Shown here piece by piece: positions 24,363-36,376 of a DNA stretch of 64,000 nucleotides. The first letter of the stretch is position 1. Each line of letters starts with the position of its first letter. The notes under the pieces are model-generated. The model ran no database searches. It was not told the DNA's origin and worked only from the letters and a program-made list of their open reading frames with translations. The position numbers and the translations under genes were made by a program. The stretch comes from the human T2T-CHM13v2.0 reference genome, Homo sapiens. The stretch lies in the NCBI RefSeq assembly GCF_009914755.1, contig NC_060925.1. One strand, written 5' to 3'.

Positions 24363-27300
24363 TGAGGTACCACTGATGTGTGAAATGACTTGCCTAATAT
24401 CCCAGAGACCCCTGAATCCCAGGCATTCTTATTCTGAATAGAGACTTTTAATCAATTTCTTGTCTCATCCTATGTCCTCATGTTACCATACTTCTACAAG
24501 TCTGTGCTGCCAGTGAGGGTTGGCAAATCATCCCAACTCAGAAGGACAGACTTACAAAATGGCATAATCAAGCTTCACTAACACTGTATATAAAGTAAAA
24601 GTAATAGATTGAGTAAAAGCATGAGAGATTCTCTTGGGAGTAAAATGTGCATGCTTTAGGAGAAGATTTGGACTTGTGTTCTTATTTGTTAGTTTTCTGC
24701 AATAACATTAATATTTATCATTTGGGGGAGGTTCATAATGAAATACTTGGTTATAGCACAGGAACTAATGTTAGAAAGCAGGATGACCTCCTTAAACTTT
24801 CAAACCCAAACCAAGTAAGGTTTTGGGTCATTCCCATTCCTTCTGCCTCAACAGATCTACAAATCTGTAGGTGTTGGGCAAAGTGGTGGTGACTCAAAGA
24901 AGGAAAAGAATGGATAATAAACAGTGTCGTGTGTAAGTTTCCCCAGATCTAAGAACAGAGAGGGACAAAGAAATGTAGGAGAGATGGATTTGGGATTAAT
25001 CAAATGGTTTCAGTGCAAAGTCCTCTGGAAATCACATCTCTGATAGGCCTGGCTCAATGAGACACTCCAACAAGTGTCAAGTCCTCAAGATAGTAGATTC
25101 CAGTGATATTTTATGCTTGTAGCAATCCCCATGAGGAAGGAGGGCTCTGTTTCACATCGCAGTTGAGAGAGGGAGTCAATGAGATTTTATGACTTTTTTG
25201 GGATCATTGAGGCCACAGGTTGTCTGCAGAGTCCTAGCCAAGTTTCTCTCCACTAAATGACGCTGCTTTGAGACCAGAAGCTCTCTCTTTTGGAGGGGGT
25301 CAGCCAGGACCAAGGCAGCAGTTAACTGGCCTCCAACCAACTTTCATGAGGCTGGCCTTATTAAACTAGGTCTGAAGAAAAACTGAGTCAACCATTTACA
25401 GACTTATTATCTTCTTTCTAAAGGAAAATCATAATGCCTTGCCAAAACAAATGTAATAACTTGGCCTTTTCTTTCAATTACCTCTGCTTTCTTGGAAATG
25501 TGTATCTGTGGATAAAACCTCTGAGTTAACCCAGGGAATTAACCAGATGTTTAAGAAGACCCTGTAATTCCTGTGGGCCAGCAAAGAAAGAATACCCCTT
25601 GGCCACATTATGAGAATGGAGTACTAAGGAGAAAGGGGGAGCAGAAAATTAAACTTGAAGGCCCAGGATTTAAATAGGCATAGCAGATAGAAATGTTAGC
25701 TCAGTTTTGGGGGATTGGGTGACACTGGAAGCAGGTTTTGGAAATCCAGGCACAAGCTGTGTCCTTGAAAAGACAGTCTCATATATTTCCAGAGCCCTTC
25801 ATTTCATTTTCTTCAGTCTATATTCTACCCCCATCTTCCTATTCCACATCCTCATTACACTCCCATTTCTTCAACAGCTACCTTCAGGACCTACGATGTA
25901 TGCTAAATCCAGGGAACATTCAGAGGGCCCACTATCTCGACAAATTTCCTATTACAACTCTAAGCCATCTTTTGCTGTATGCAATAATTTCCTTTGGGGA
26001 GTGTTGGCATGTAATTTCTGAGGTTCAGCCCTCCCTAGCATGGCCCAGAAACACTGCCAATATTTACAATGGCTGGTGTAGGCGGTTCTTATGTCTCAGG
26101 AGTTGGGGATCCCTTGTTAAGGAAGTAATAGGCCAATGATCAGTAACCATGCAGTGATATGAGTGCATGGTTTGGGGAAGGGGTGGAAGCAAAACGAAAA
26201 GGTGGGGGGGATTGAGCTTTCATCTTCTGCTCTATCTGTGTAGAATCAGTTTCACCACACTCATCCCTTTGTTTCCCATAGAAATGGAAAGGACAATGGG
26301 AGGAAGGTAGCATTAAGCTTAAGAATATGGCTTAGGATTCAATCAAGGACTGTGGGCTTGAGTCTTAGCCCTCTCATTTACTATCTCTGCACTCTTATTT
26401 ACTATCTCTGCAACCTCAAAAAAGGTTCTTAAATGAGCCTCAGATTCATGTGAAAATTGAAGAAAGTAAAGTATTTACTTCTTTGGGTTGATGTGATCAT
26501 TAAGTGAATCTTTACATGTGAAACGCTTTCCATAGTCCCCCAGTCTTCCAATATGATTACTGCTTTTGCTCCCCTACAAGATTTAGTCAGGGATAGAATG
26601 TGGGGGGTGGGGGGAAGAGGTGGTAGTAAGAGGCTATAGAAATTTAGTATTTTTATATTATAAATTATACATCATTATTTTCTTTAATTTAGCAATCCTT
26701 TTAGATTCATCATTTTATGAGAAGAAAACTTAGAAAACACTAAAGTTTGAGATCATTAAGTTTGAGAATTGGCATGTCTCAAGCTCCTCCTCTCCTTCCC
26801 ACATCCCCATACGGGCACTTTCTCTAGAACTGTGCAGAGCTGGCACATTTATTAGGCCACCATCACAACCCTTCAGAGAAAAAGTAAGACCTAAATGAAA
26901 TAGTCGTGATCATTTCGTGTCTTGATGCTCCCTGTGTCTCATTACCTCTCAGGGTCTCTATCAAAATCAAGGGCTGCAAATCTTTCAATAGAGAAATCTA
27001 TTAGCATATTTTCCAAAGAACAAAATGTACCTATTCCTGCTGTCAGGGCTGCTGTTTGTAGGAGTCTCTGGTTTAAAAGGCCCTCGTTATTATGCATGGG
27101 TGTGCATACAAACAAAACTTCTCCGCATGGGAAAAGAATTTTCAGCTTTCAGTAAGAGGCTCTTTTCTCAATTCCTCCACCATCACTACCAACCTACACC
27201 CTCTAAAAACCTCTCCAACCTCCACTGATTCTTTCTTTCCTCTCCTTTGAAAAAGTCCGGACTTACTGTATAACTACATATATGTTAAAATCACCAACTA

Positions 27301-28542
27301 GAGAAAATAAAATTGAGTAATATTCTTGCAAGTAGCAGAATCTCAAACATTTGATGGTTAACTTGGCTGCTTTAGTCAATTGGATGATTCATACAATTAT
27401 GGGGACTGGTTAGAACTTGAATGGAATTGGTTGGACTGGCACAGGCAAACTTCTCAAGACATGTCCTCCCCTCAGCCTTGGCAAGGCACTTTTTGGGTCT
27501 GTACAGCTGGACTCCATTTCATTTATCATCACATTTAATATTTTCTTCCTTTTGATGTTACCTGATTATAAAAATGAGAAATCAGTTTTAGTGCTATTCT
27601 CATGTTTCCCTGCATTCAGATTTTTATTCAGGCCTAAAAGTCAAGGTTTTGGGGAAAGTGGGAGGATCACCTAAAGTTGATAATCTAGGCTCTGATGTCC
27701 GATTGACTGGAGTTCAATCCCAGCTTTGACCACGAGTAGCTAGGTAATCTTGTGCAGTTTTACTAGATCTTTCTGCACCTCAGTTCCCTTACATGTAAAA
27801 GGGGTACAAAAATACCAATTTGCCAAGGTTTTGTACAGATGAAATTAGACAGGCTTTGGCACATATTGCACATTCAATACATGTTAAACATTTTATCATT
27901 TTATTAATATATCTATTTCAAGATGAAATATTAATATAATTAGTTGATGGTATAATTAGTAGGGGTTCTAATTTCATACATTCTCGAATTCCCAATAAAT
28001 AAGTGAAAATTATCTTGATGCTAGAAAACTACATCCTAGGAAATCTTTTGTTGTAAACTTAGATGACGAGGGGCTCTTTTCTACCCACAGCTCCCCTAGT
28101 TTACTCAAGCTCCATGTCTCCTCTTTACCAACCCCGTGTCGGCATGTAGCCCCATCCTGAGCACACGGTACACCCTAATAGATATTTTGCAAATCAGGCA
28201 AGTAGCACACAGGAGTTTTAAGGACCTTTATATAATTTCAACAAATTCAAAATTCTAAATCTCCATAGAAACACCTTTATGAGGAATATAAGGTAAGAAA
28301 TATTTCTGCAGTTTATATGGATTTAAACATTTTAAGGTCAAATCATTGTAAAATGTCATGTAGGAAGGGAAGGCCTGAAGTCTCGATCTGGGTTTCAGGC
28401 AGGGAACCTGAAAACCTCACAAAGCCACACATAACACTATTAGCTCAAGGAAATGTTTCTCACTGTAACAGGAAAAGGGAAAGTTCGAATAGAAGTCTAG
28501 ACAGGTTGTACTGAAAGAACAATCAGATGAAAGAGCAATTCA

Positions 28543-28846
28543 AGCCGGGCATCTTGTGCCTGTAATCCCAGCACTTTGGGAGGCCGAGGCAGGTGGATCT
28601 CCTGAGGCCAGGAGTTTGAGACCAGCCCGGCCAACCCGGTGAAACCCCGCCTGGCCAACCTGGTGAAACCCCGTCTCTACTAAAAATACAACAATTAGCT
28701 GGGCGTGGTAGCAGGTGCCTGTAATCCCAGCTATCGGGAGGCTGAGGCAGGAGAATCACTTGAACCCGGGAGGCGGAGGTTGCAGTGAGCCATTGCACTT
28801 CAGCCTGGCTGACAGAACGAGACTCCGTCACAAAAAAAAAAAAAAA
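28543..28846 (+). mobile_element. Rearranged AluS (24-bp internal duplication, two deletions)
   Basis: Alu body and A tail. TSD AAAGAGCAATT on both sides. Confidence 0.9.
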
Positions 28847-30266
28847 AAAGAGCAATTAGAGATTGTTAGCATGAGCATGATTACACTGCAAGAACCAAAT
28901 AGTTAAGTTTTTTTTAAGTCAAATATTGTAATTTCAATTACTCTTTTAAAAAAGAGTAATTGAAAACTCTTTTTAAGAGTTTACAAAAGAGTAAATTAAA
29001 AACATGCTCTTTTAAAAAAGATTAATTTATAAGGTTGCACAGTACTCCTACAAACCACATTAGATACTTCTAGTAGTTAACAAAGAGGAAAACAATGACA
29101 TTTTACAAAATAAAAAGCAGAATTGAATACAGAAAAATATGACTTAACATCAACCAAAAACCAATTGATTAATCTTGTCAAGATTCTTGTCAAGATTCTC
29201 ACCAGACACCCAAATACTGAAGGATTACAACTATTGCATCATTAAGATATATTAAAAGAAATGCAACAAGCTTAAAATCTAATAAATTGGAGAGTAAACA
29301 CATATACTCTGCATAACTGTAATTTAATTTCTTAAAATTCTGCAACTTCCAAATAAACAACAGCAGCAGAAACAAAAGCTCACATAAATGGGTCACAGTA
29401 AAGACCAGTTGCCTCCACTTAAACAATACTAGCACAATCGTGTGGGCTACATCCTTGAAAGAAGTAGATAATCCATGCACAATTTGAGAAAATTGATTAC
29501 ATATGTGTGTATGTTATATCTTATACAGTATACATTACATCCTCAACATTAAAAATTTAAAAAGGCCACTCACATAAGTTACCTTTTGGAAGAAACAATG
29601 ATCTTTTCTAAAGAAATAATAATTGGTGATTTGTTGATACTTACAGTTTATGTTTGGAATACTCTCATTTATGGGTATGCTGAAAACAATGCAACAATTT
29701 TCTATTAATCCAGTTCTGATCTTCATACTCTTAGCAGTTTTAGAAGAGCTGAGAACAGTGACCTGCTTTTTCAACCATTATATTTCTGAGACATGACTAA
29801 TTTGAAGCTGAGCAAATTGCACATAATGGGATTCAAGTTCATGATTTTTAGTCTGCACTCTCTTTTCAGGGTACATGGTCTCCTTCCCTCCCTGCTTCTA
29901 CCACCACCCCCAAAGCTGCCTTTTCAGGAGCTAAATTCACCCAACATGAAATCAAAAGAGAATTATTTTTAAGTTTTCTGCAGGCTTATTTTTAAGGAGG
30001 ATAAAGTTATATTTTTAAAAATATTTATCTTTTCCTTCAGGTACTACCGCATTTTTAAATAATTTCTAAATATTTAGAATGTATTTAGATGTATTTAGAA
30101 TAGTAGATGTATCAGATGTATGGTTTCATAGTGGCTCAAAGTTTTTAAAAAAGCATTATATAAATCAGTGAATTTATAAATACCCTAAGTTCTACTATGT
30201 AAGATGTTGCTTTCAGAGCCTTTTTGCAAAATCCCATTAAAGGTTTAGCTTACAGACACTGGTGCC

Positions 30267-30297
<31 letters not shown>

Positions 30298-31990
30298 CAA
30301 AAAAATGTGTTTTTTTTTGTTTTTTTTTTTTTTGGTAAGAAGGATGTTGAAATAGGAGAATATTTAAGCTGGCTAAACCAAAGCCAATTCCTGGAGGCTA
30401 GTTGCTTTTATAGTGAATGTTTAAATTTTCTCCATCAAATCTAGAAGGCTACAACGAAACAACAGCCTAAATGTCATGTACAATTCTCTAAGTACTGAAA
30501 GAGTTACACAATTTTAGAACCGAAAGGGACCTTAAACTCCTTCCTCTACCAATGAGGAGCCTGAAGCCTGCTAGTTAACTCACTTGCCTGGTCACTCTGG
30601 GGTTCACGGATTGTCATTGTTTGGTGGGGTGGTTGTTTTTGTGCTGTATATTTGTGTGTGTGGTGTATGCAGTACTCACACCCTTACAAACAAGAGCTTT
30701 GCCATTTATATTCTCCCCTTCCTAAGTTGCTCTTCCTAAGTTTACTTTCATCAGCAAAAAGAGTGATCAAAAAGAAAAATATATTCTGGCCAGTTCAAAG
30801 GGGACATTTCTTTTTCTCACTTGGCCTACTGCAGATATATTAGAGAGACACTTCACACCCAGGACAACTGACTTTTTAAGTGGCAATAACAATGAGCAGC
30901 GGAGGAGTTCTCTTCTCACTCGAGAGAGCAGAGGAGGTTTCTGAACTTTACCTTGACTTCCAGCCTACAAACTGTTCCTTCAACTACTGTCTCCGCTTGC
31001 CCACTTTGTTGCTATTCTTTCCTTAGTTTCCTTTGTTTTCCAGCTTAGGGAAGTTTGGTGGGAAAATTTTTCACTTACATTTTGTTGATATTTATTTCCC
31101 ATATTTGGGTCCTACCCAAATTTTAGATTTAAGAGCAAAAAAAAATTACTGTTTAAGTGAAAGAGGAAAGGCTAAGTCACTGTTCAACATGGGCTAGATC
31201 TGATCTGAATTGGAGACACAGCCTTTGCAATTGAGGAAGGAGAGGTAAGCAGTAAACTTATACAGTTTCCTCCAAGAAGTGTTATACATAGATATTTTTC
31301 AAGGAAATTGGAATAAAGCAGTTTATTAATTGAGGGGAAGCTAGTTACAGTTAGCACCTGCCGCGGACTTTTTGAGGTTGTCGTCATTAACCAAATTCTT
31401 CGGGAAAAACAATCTTTGGCACCACTTACTCCAGACAAACCCTGTTTGGAACAGACAAGTGTTCTGACCCTATAGTCGCTCCAATGTCCACCAGCCACTC
31501 ACGAGTGCCCTTAGGGCTTCTCCTTGGTGGTAGCATCCCAGAAATCCTACTAGTTTCAGAAGTGCCCTAGGAAGCCTACTTCTTGGATAATGGGCTCTGT
31601 CTGCAAAGCTAGGAGATCAGCCTAGAAAAAGAAACACACCAACAAACACCAGGAAACTATGTGTAATGGTTTGCTGCTTGTGCAAAAACCTCAAAGAGGA
31701 TGAAGGTCAGACAGGGATAATAGGCCAATTTAATTCTGAAAGCACAAGGTGCAAGAAATTTTAATTATGGTCTGCCACTGAAATCACACAAGATCCAATG
31801 GCATCTAACTGCAACTGCTCATCAAGGGAGACAAGAGGTGTAATTGTAACCGCTGCATAATCACTGTGAGGGCACAGGGAAGGCTGCCTTCAGCTCCCAG
31901 CAGAGAAGGTATTAAGAGCCTCGAAAAATCCAATACGGGGAAACGAGATTGCATGTAGCCAAACAGAAGCTCCTAACACAAAAGCCAACC

Positions 31991-32037
31991 CGTGTGTGTG
32001 TGTGCGCGCGCGTGTGTGTGTGTGTGTGTGTGTGTGT
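31991..32037. repeat. Compound (TG)n(CG)4(TG)n alternating purine-pyrimidine repeat
   Basis: Direct reading of the sequence. Confidence 0.95.
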
Positions 32038-33613
32038 TGAGGGTGAGGGTTCCAGAAAGAAAATGTGAAGCTGTTTGGCCCACACTGGGGATAAGAGATT
32101 GTTTGAAAACTCTGAACCCTTTTCTGTTTTGTGGATAAATGCACACAGAGAAAAGAGCACTGTCTCCTTTAGGTATTTCTCTCCTTGATGAAGCTTCACC
32201 CACTCTCCTTTGTTTAAGACAATTGGCTTGGATGTTACCGTGATTTACAGTACCAAACTCCCTTTAATTTGTTCCCATCAAACCCAAGTCTGGAGACAAA
32301 ACGCCAAGCACACGACTGGAGGTGCCCAAGCCTGTGCAGCTCTGGCAGCGACGCCGCCGGCGCCCCCGGGCGTTTTCCCCGCACCCCACATCGCGTGGGC
32401 GCCCGTAAAGGCACGCGCGGAGAAAGCCCCTCCGTGGACTCCCCACTCCGCAAAGTTTAACAAAGCCGTGAAGTAAGGAAACCGAACCTCCCGTCCGCGC
32501 CCGCTGCAAAGTTGGCATTGAAGTTTGTGCCGGGATGTCCCAAATCTTGAGGGGGCGGGGGGCGCGAGTGTGCAGAGAGGCGGGAGGATGGATGCAGATG
32601 GGGAGACAGTGAGGGGAAGGGAGTTTTTCCGAGTGGACGGTCCGTGAGGCGGTTTTCTTCACCCGGAAGCCTGTTTGACTCAGAGAGGTCCGGGAGGTGC
32701 ACGCCAGGGGAGGTCTCCCGGGGCGGGCGCTGTCGCCGAGGAGGCCGGCGAGCTGTCACCTGCGGGGGGCTGTGGTGGGAGCTGAGGGCGCTCTCCTAAG
32801 CGCCAAAAGAGGACGGGGACATTCACAGTCACCGGCTCTCGGGGCTCTAAGTAGTGGGGGAAGGGATATTCACGAGTGGGCAGGAGGCCAAAAGCAACAC
32901 CTTTCGGATACGCTTTTCCCCTCCGACCTCTCCAACTTCCCGCGGCGCTGGTCAAGGACTCCCTCCCACCCCACCCCATCCCACCCAACCTCCCGGCCGA
33001 CAATTCGGACCTGTCCACGGCAGAGCGTGGGGTGGAGTGCGGCGGGAAAGCAGAGGGCGCGAAGGTCGGGACCCCAAATTGCAAACCCTCAGCCCCTAGC
33101 AAAGACGACCAAATGCATTTACAACCGTGCAAGTATCTCAGCCTTGTAACAGAGCTCCGGGTTTGCGCCGGGCACAGTTCCCCGACTCTTCTGTTGTTCC
33201 TAATAAAGTCGATTACGTTGCCCTCCCGGAGCTGATTGGAAGGGAACCGAGAGGAAAAGGGGGGGAACGCGGGAAAAAGCGGGGGGGGGGGGCGAGCAAT
33301 CAACTTTGTAACCCAGCGCTTCCTCGCGCGATCCGTCGCCATGCTTAAGATTCCCACCCCCGCCGCCCCCCTCTTGCCTTTCAAGTGGATACTGAAACTA
33401 GGCCAAAACTTTTTCCCCTCCTTTTCTCTTAGCCACTAGACTGGATTGTGCCCCACGGAGCCCCATGGAGCTCTGCTTTCTTAAGCACAATAGCCGGACT
33501 AATTAGATCATAGAAGCAAGGCAGTGATACTGTAACAAGTAGCCCAAGAGGCAAAGAGGGAAGGGGCCCGAAAAGACAGAAAGGGGGAAAAGTTTGCAGC
33601 TCTCCGCACTTAC

Positions 33614-33719
33614 CAATCAAGCCTCCCACCAGAAAGGCGATGATTTGGAACACGAGCAGAATCCCACCAACAATGCACAGCTTCTTGGTGCTCATGTTTT
33701 CTATAATTGCCCCAGCCAT
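33614..33719 (-). CDS. WLS: WLS (Wntless/GPR177) exon 1 coding part: MAGAIIENMSTKKLCIVGGILLVFQIIAFLVGGLI plus 1 nt (N-terminus and first TM helix)
   Basis: Translation matches the known Wntless N-terminus. The ATG at 33719 has a strong Kozak context (AAAATGG). A canonical G|GTAAGT donor at 33613-33608 gives a 106-nt phase-1 coding exon. The rest of the 96-aa ORF in the track is intron read-through. Confidence 0.97.
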
Positions 33720-33965
33720 TTTTGCGCCCCCCCTTTTTCTTTTCTCCTTGAAATAAATGTTTTAGGGTGAGCTTTTTGCTCCCTCCTCTCACACACTCCC
33801 TCCTTCCTCGCCTCCTTTCTGGGCGCTGCAAAACTTCAGAGGTGCTGGAGCGCGGCGAGGATGGGACCGGGACGGAAGGCGCCCGCACGGATTCCCCCGG
33901 CGCAGCCGGCTCGGGTTCCCCCAATGCCCGGAGCTGTGATTGTGGCCGCTCCGCCGCCTGTGGAC
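33720..33965 (-). other. WLS: WLS 5' UTR (exon 1 non-coding part); TSS position approximate
   Basis: GC-rich sequence directly upstream of the ATG, with no upstream ATG between 33720 and 33990. Ends just downstream of a TTTAA element and an E-box. Confidence 0.7.
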
Positions 33966-33988
33966 GCTTAAAGGAGCAGGGAAGCGGA

Positions 33989-33997
33989 TCACATGAC
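33989..33997 (-). promoter_or_regulatory. M-box/E-box GTCATGTGA (USF / MiT-TFE type) in the WLS core promoter
   Basis: TCACATGAC on + strand, about 20 bp upstream of TTTAA (33968-33972) and the probable TSS. Confidence 0.55.
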
Positions 33998-35482
33998 GCC
34001 GCCTCCCTCCCTTTCTTCCTCCCTCCCTCTCGCGCTTCCTCCCTCCCTCCCTCCCTCTCTTCCTCTACCCCTTGCCCACCAGTTCGGGGCTCAGAGCTCT
34101 GGCGGGTGCTGGCGCCCGGCTCCCGAGTCTGGCCTGCAACCTGTCTCTCCAAGGTCTGATGCCATTTAGGGGTTGCTGTTGATGTTAAGCGGGTTCCCCC
34201 TGCCCAGCTTCTCACAGGTTTCCTTTTCTGGTTTCCGAAGTGCGAGATTTAAATCACCGGTGGACCGCCTTGCAGACCTTTAACTTACGCGTTGACTTTA
34301 GGAAATGGTCCCCACCCCACCCCCAACTGCTAGAACTCTCTTTAGGAAAGAGGAGGAGAATTTTTTTTAAAAGGACCCAATAGATGCCTAAGTCAAAACA
34401 CAGAGATGCGGAATAAAGTCTCAGCTCGACTTCTTTCTACCAGATTCCCAGCCTCGGTTATTGGGCACATACCCAGCTAAATTCCCCACGGCGCCCCTTG
34501 AGGAAACTTGCTCTCCAGCCAAATCAGACCACTGTTCGTTACTCCAGCACATGTGCTTCCACAGCCTTAACCCTGGTTATTGCCTTAAAGAGAACATGTT
34601 CTACTCCATCAATGTTAAACCTGATCCAAAACCAACTAGTGTTAAAAAATCTTTCTAATTTTCCACACCACCTCCATGCAGTATCTCTGGGAACTGAGCC
34701 CCTACAATCCTGTATTTACATTTTTACCTCCTATTGTAAGGATTTGTGTACACGTTTGTCTCCACCACTGAGCTGTAAACTCCTGGGGAATAGGGACCAA
34801 GTTTTTTTTGTTCTTTGTACCCCCCATGGTGCCTAACAAAATGCTAGCTCTAGTAGGTGCCCCATAATCTTTTGTGGAATGAATAAGTGAATGTGAAAGC
34901 AAGCCCACAGTTTGTATTTCAAAGGTCTAAAGAGATCTTAGTTGGTTTAGAGGGTACCTATATTAAGTTACAATGTTTGTTGTCTCTTTGTGAGAAATCA
35001 TATATTTATATTTATACTTAACTTCCATAAAAAGAGGGGCGGGGCTCCCGATAGAGATTTCCTGCTCTATCAAGCCTAAATTTCTGGGCCTGGTTTTTCC
35101 ATGTTTCATAAACTGGCCGCTTGGCCAGTACAACTCACCTTACTCAATAGACCCTTGGTTTGGTAAATACCCCACCCTGCTCCCCAAACGTGCAGTTTCT
35201 ACCACCACCACCCACACATCTTGTTTCTTGTCCCTCCCATCCTTACACACCCTCTTCATGCCAAGAGACTATTTTTCCCAGTCCTCTCTCCTCCTCTACT
35301 CTGTTCCTGAATTTTCATTGCCCTTATAAAAGATGTCATGCAGGTTACACTTAATAGAAGCATTCATTTCTAATCTCCAAATAGAACAGAGACTTGTCAA
35401 GGACAAGCACCAAACTTTATGCATACAAAACTCCATCTCTTCAACATCTAATAGTTCTTAACAGTTCTGAGGATATACACAT

Positions 35483-35824
35483 CATTATGTGTCACATAAG
35501 GATGTTTCAGTCAACAACAGACCGTGTGTGTGACAGTAGTCCTATAAGGTTATAATACCATATTCTTACAACACCTTTTCTATAGATATGTTTAGATACA
35601 CAGAGTGCTTACTATTGCATTACAGTTGTCTACAGTGTTCAGTACAGTAACATGCCAGACAGGTTTGTAGTCTAGGAGCAATCAGCTACACGGTGTAGCC
35701 TAGGTCTGTAGTAGGCTATGCTACCTAGGTTTATGTAAGTGCCCTCTATGACATTTGCACAATGACAAATCACCTAACAACACATTCTCAGAAGGTATTC
35801 CCATCATTAAGCAATGCATGACTG
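35483..35824 (+). mobile_element. Tigger3a (MER7A) MITE, near full length
   Basis: Matches the recalled consensus throughout (TTCAGTACAGTAACATG...ACAGGTTTGTAG; ends TTAAGCAATGCATGACTG). Confidence 0.85.
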
Positions 35825-36062
35825 TGGTTGCTGTTTATCTATTCTCTCATTCAACTCTTTATCCAAGTCACTTATTGAGCCTTTAACATGTTCCAGGCTT
35901 TCTTTCTTAAGCACTCAAGGATACCAAGATGTCAAAGTACTTGCACCTGCCCCAGAGGAACCCCCCCCCAGTCCAAATGTTATTCACTGAATAGTAATTA
36001 ATTACCTCTACTTTGGCAAACACCAGGTACTATCAGAAAGGATGAAGTAGACAGAATTGTTG

Positions 36063-36372
36063 TCCTTCCAATGTCCTTCAGTTCAAAGTACTCAGATACC
36101 TTGGGGTATCATGTTCTGAGCCCAGCACTCCTAAGGGCCCATTTATCTTTCCTAAAAGTCATTTGTTTTCTCATAAATACACTTCTTCTCCTATTAAGAT
36201 AGAATATAAGCTCCAAATTCTATTAACAACTGCCTCCTTGAGTGGTTATGAATGCCCACATACATTTGATATATGTGAACAAAAATTTGTCTTTTGCCTT
36301 GCTAATCTGTCTTTTGTCAGTTTAGTCCACAGACCCCCAAGCACTATGCATAAGAGGGTAGAGAAAAAATGG
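36063..36372. mobile_element. MER39/MER34-like ERV1 LTR remnant in two oppositely oriented pieces
   Basis: 36127-36063 on the minus strand reads TGCTGGGCTCAGAACATGATACCCCAA...GAGTACTTTGAACTGAAGGA (LTR 5' end). 36128-36372 on the plus strand resembles the LTR 3' part (TAATCTGTCTTTTGTCAG...GGGTAGAG). Confidence 0.5.
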
Positions 36373-36376
36373 TGGG

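Larger units (their letters stand above)
32300..34290. promoter_or_regulatory. CpG island / WLS promoter spanning exon 1 and the 5' end of intron 1
   Basis: Visibly high GC and dense CpG (CGCGCG, GCCGCCGGCG, GC boxes) against an AT-rich, CpG-depleted background. Boundaries are approximate. Confidence 0.92.

Noticed and set aside
32680-33384. 234-aa ORF (220 aa from an ATG at 33342 with good Kozak context) and other overlapping CpG-island ORFs
   Set aside because: Intronic and GC-rich, crosses a G12/C12 homopolymer, has no recognisable domain, and long ORFs occur in several frames here by composition alone.
33429-33613. C-terminal 60 aa of the 96-aa WLS ORF (GKCGELQ...)
   Set aside because: Read-through past the GTAAGT donor into intron 1; not WLS protein sequence.
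33610-34215. 201-aa minus-strand ORF overlapping WLS exon 1 in another frame
   Set aside because: Non-ATG start upstream of the probable TSS and a low-complexity R/G/E/P composition, typical of stop-poor CpG-island DNA.
35050-35071. 7-bp inverted repeat GATAGAG...CTCTATC beside a GC box
   Set aside because: Short enough to be expected by chance.
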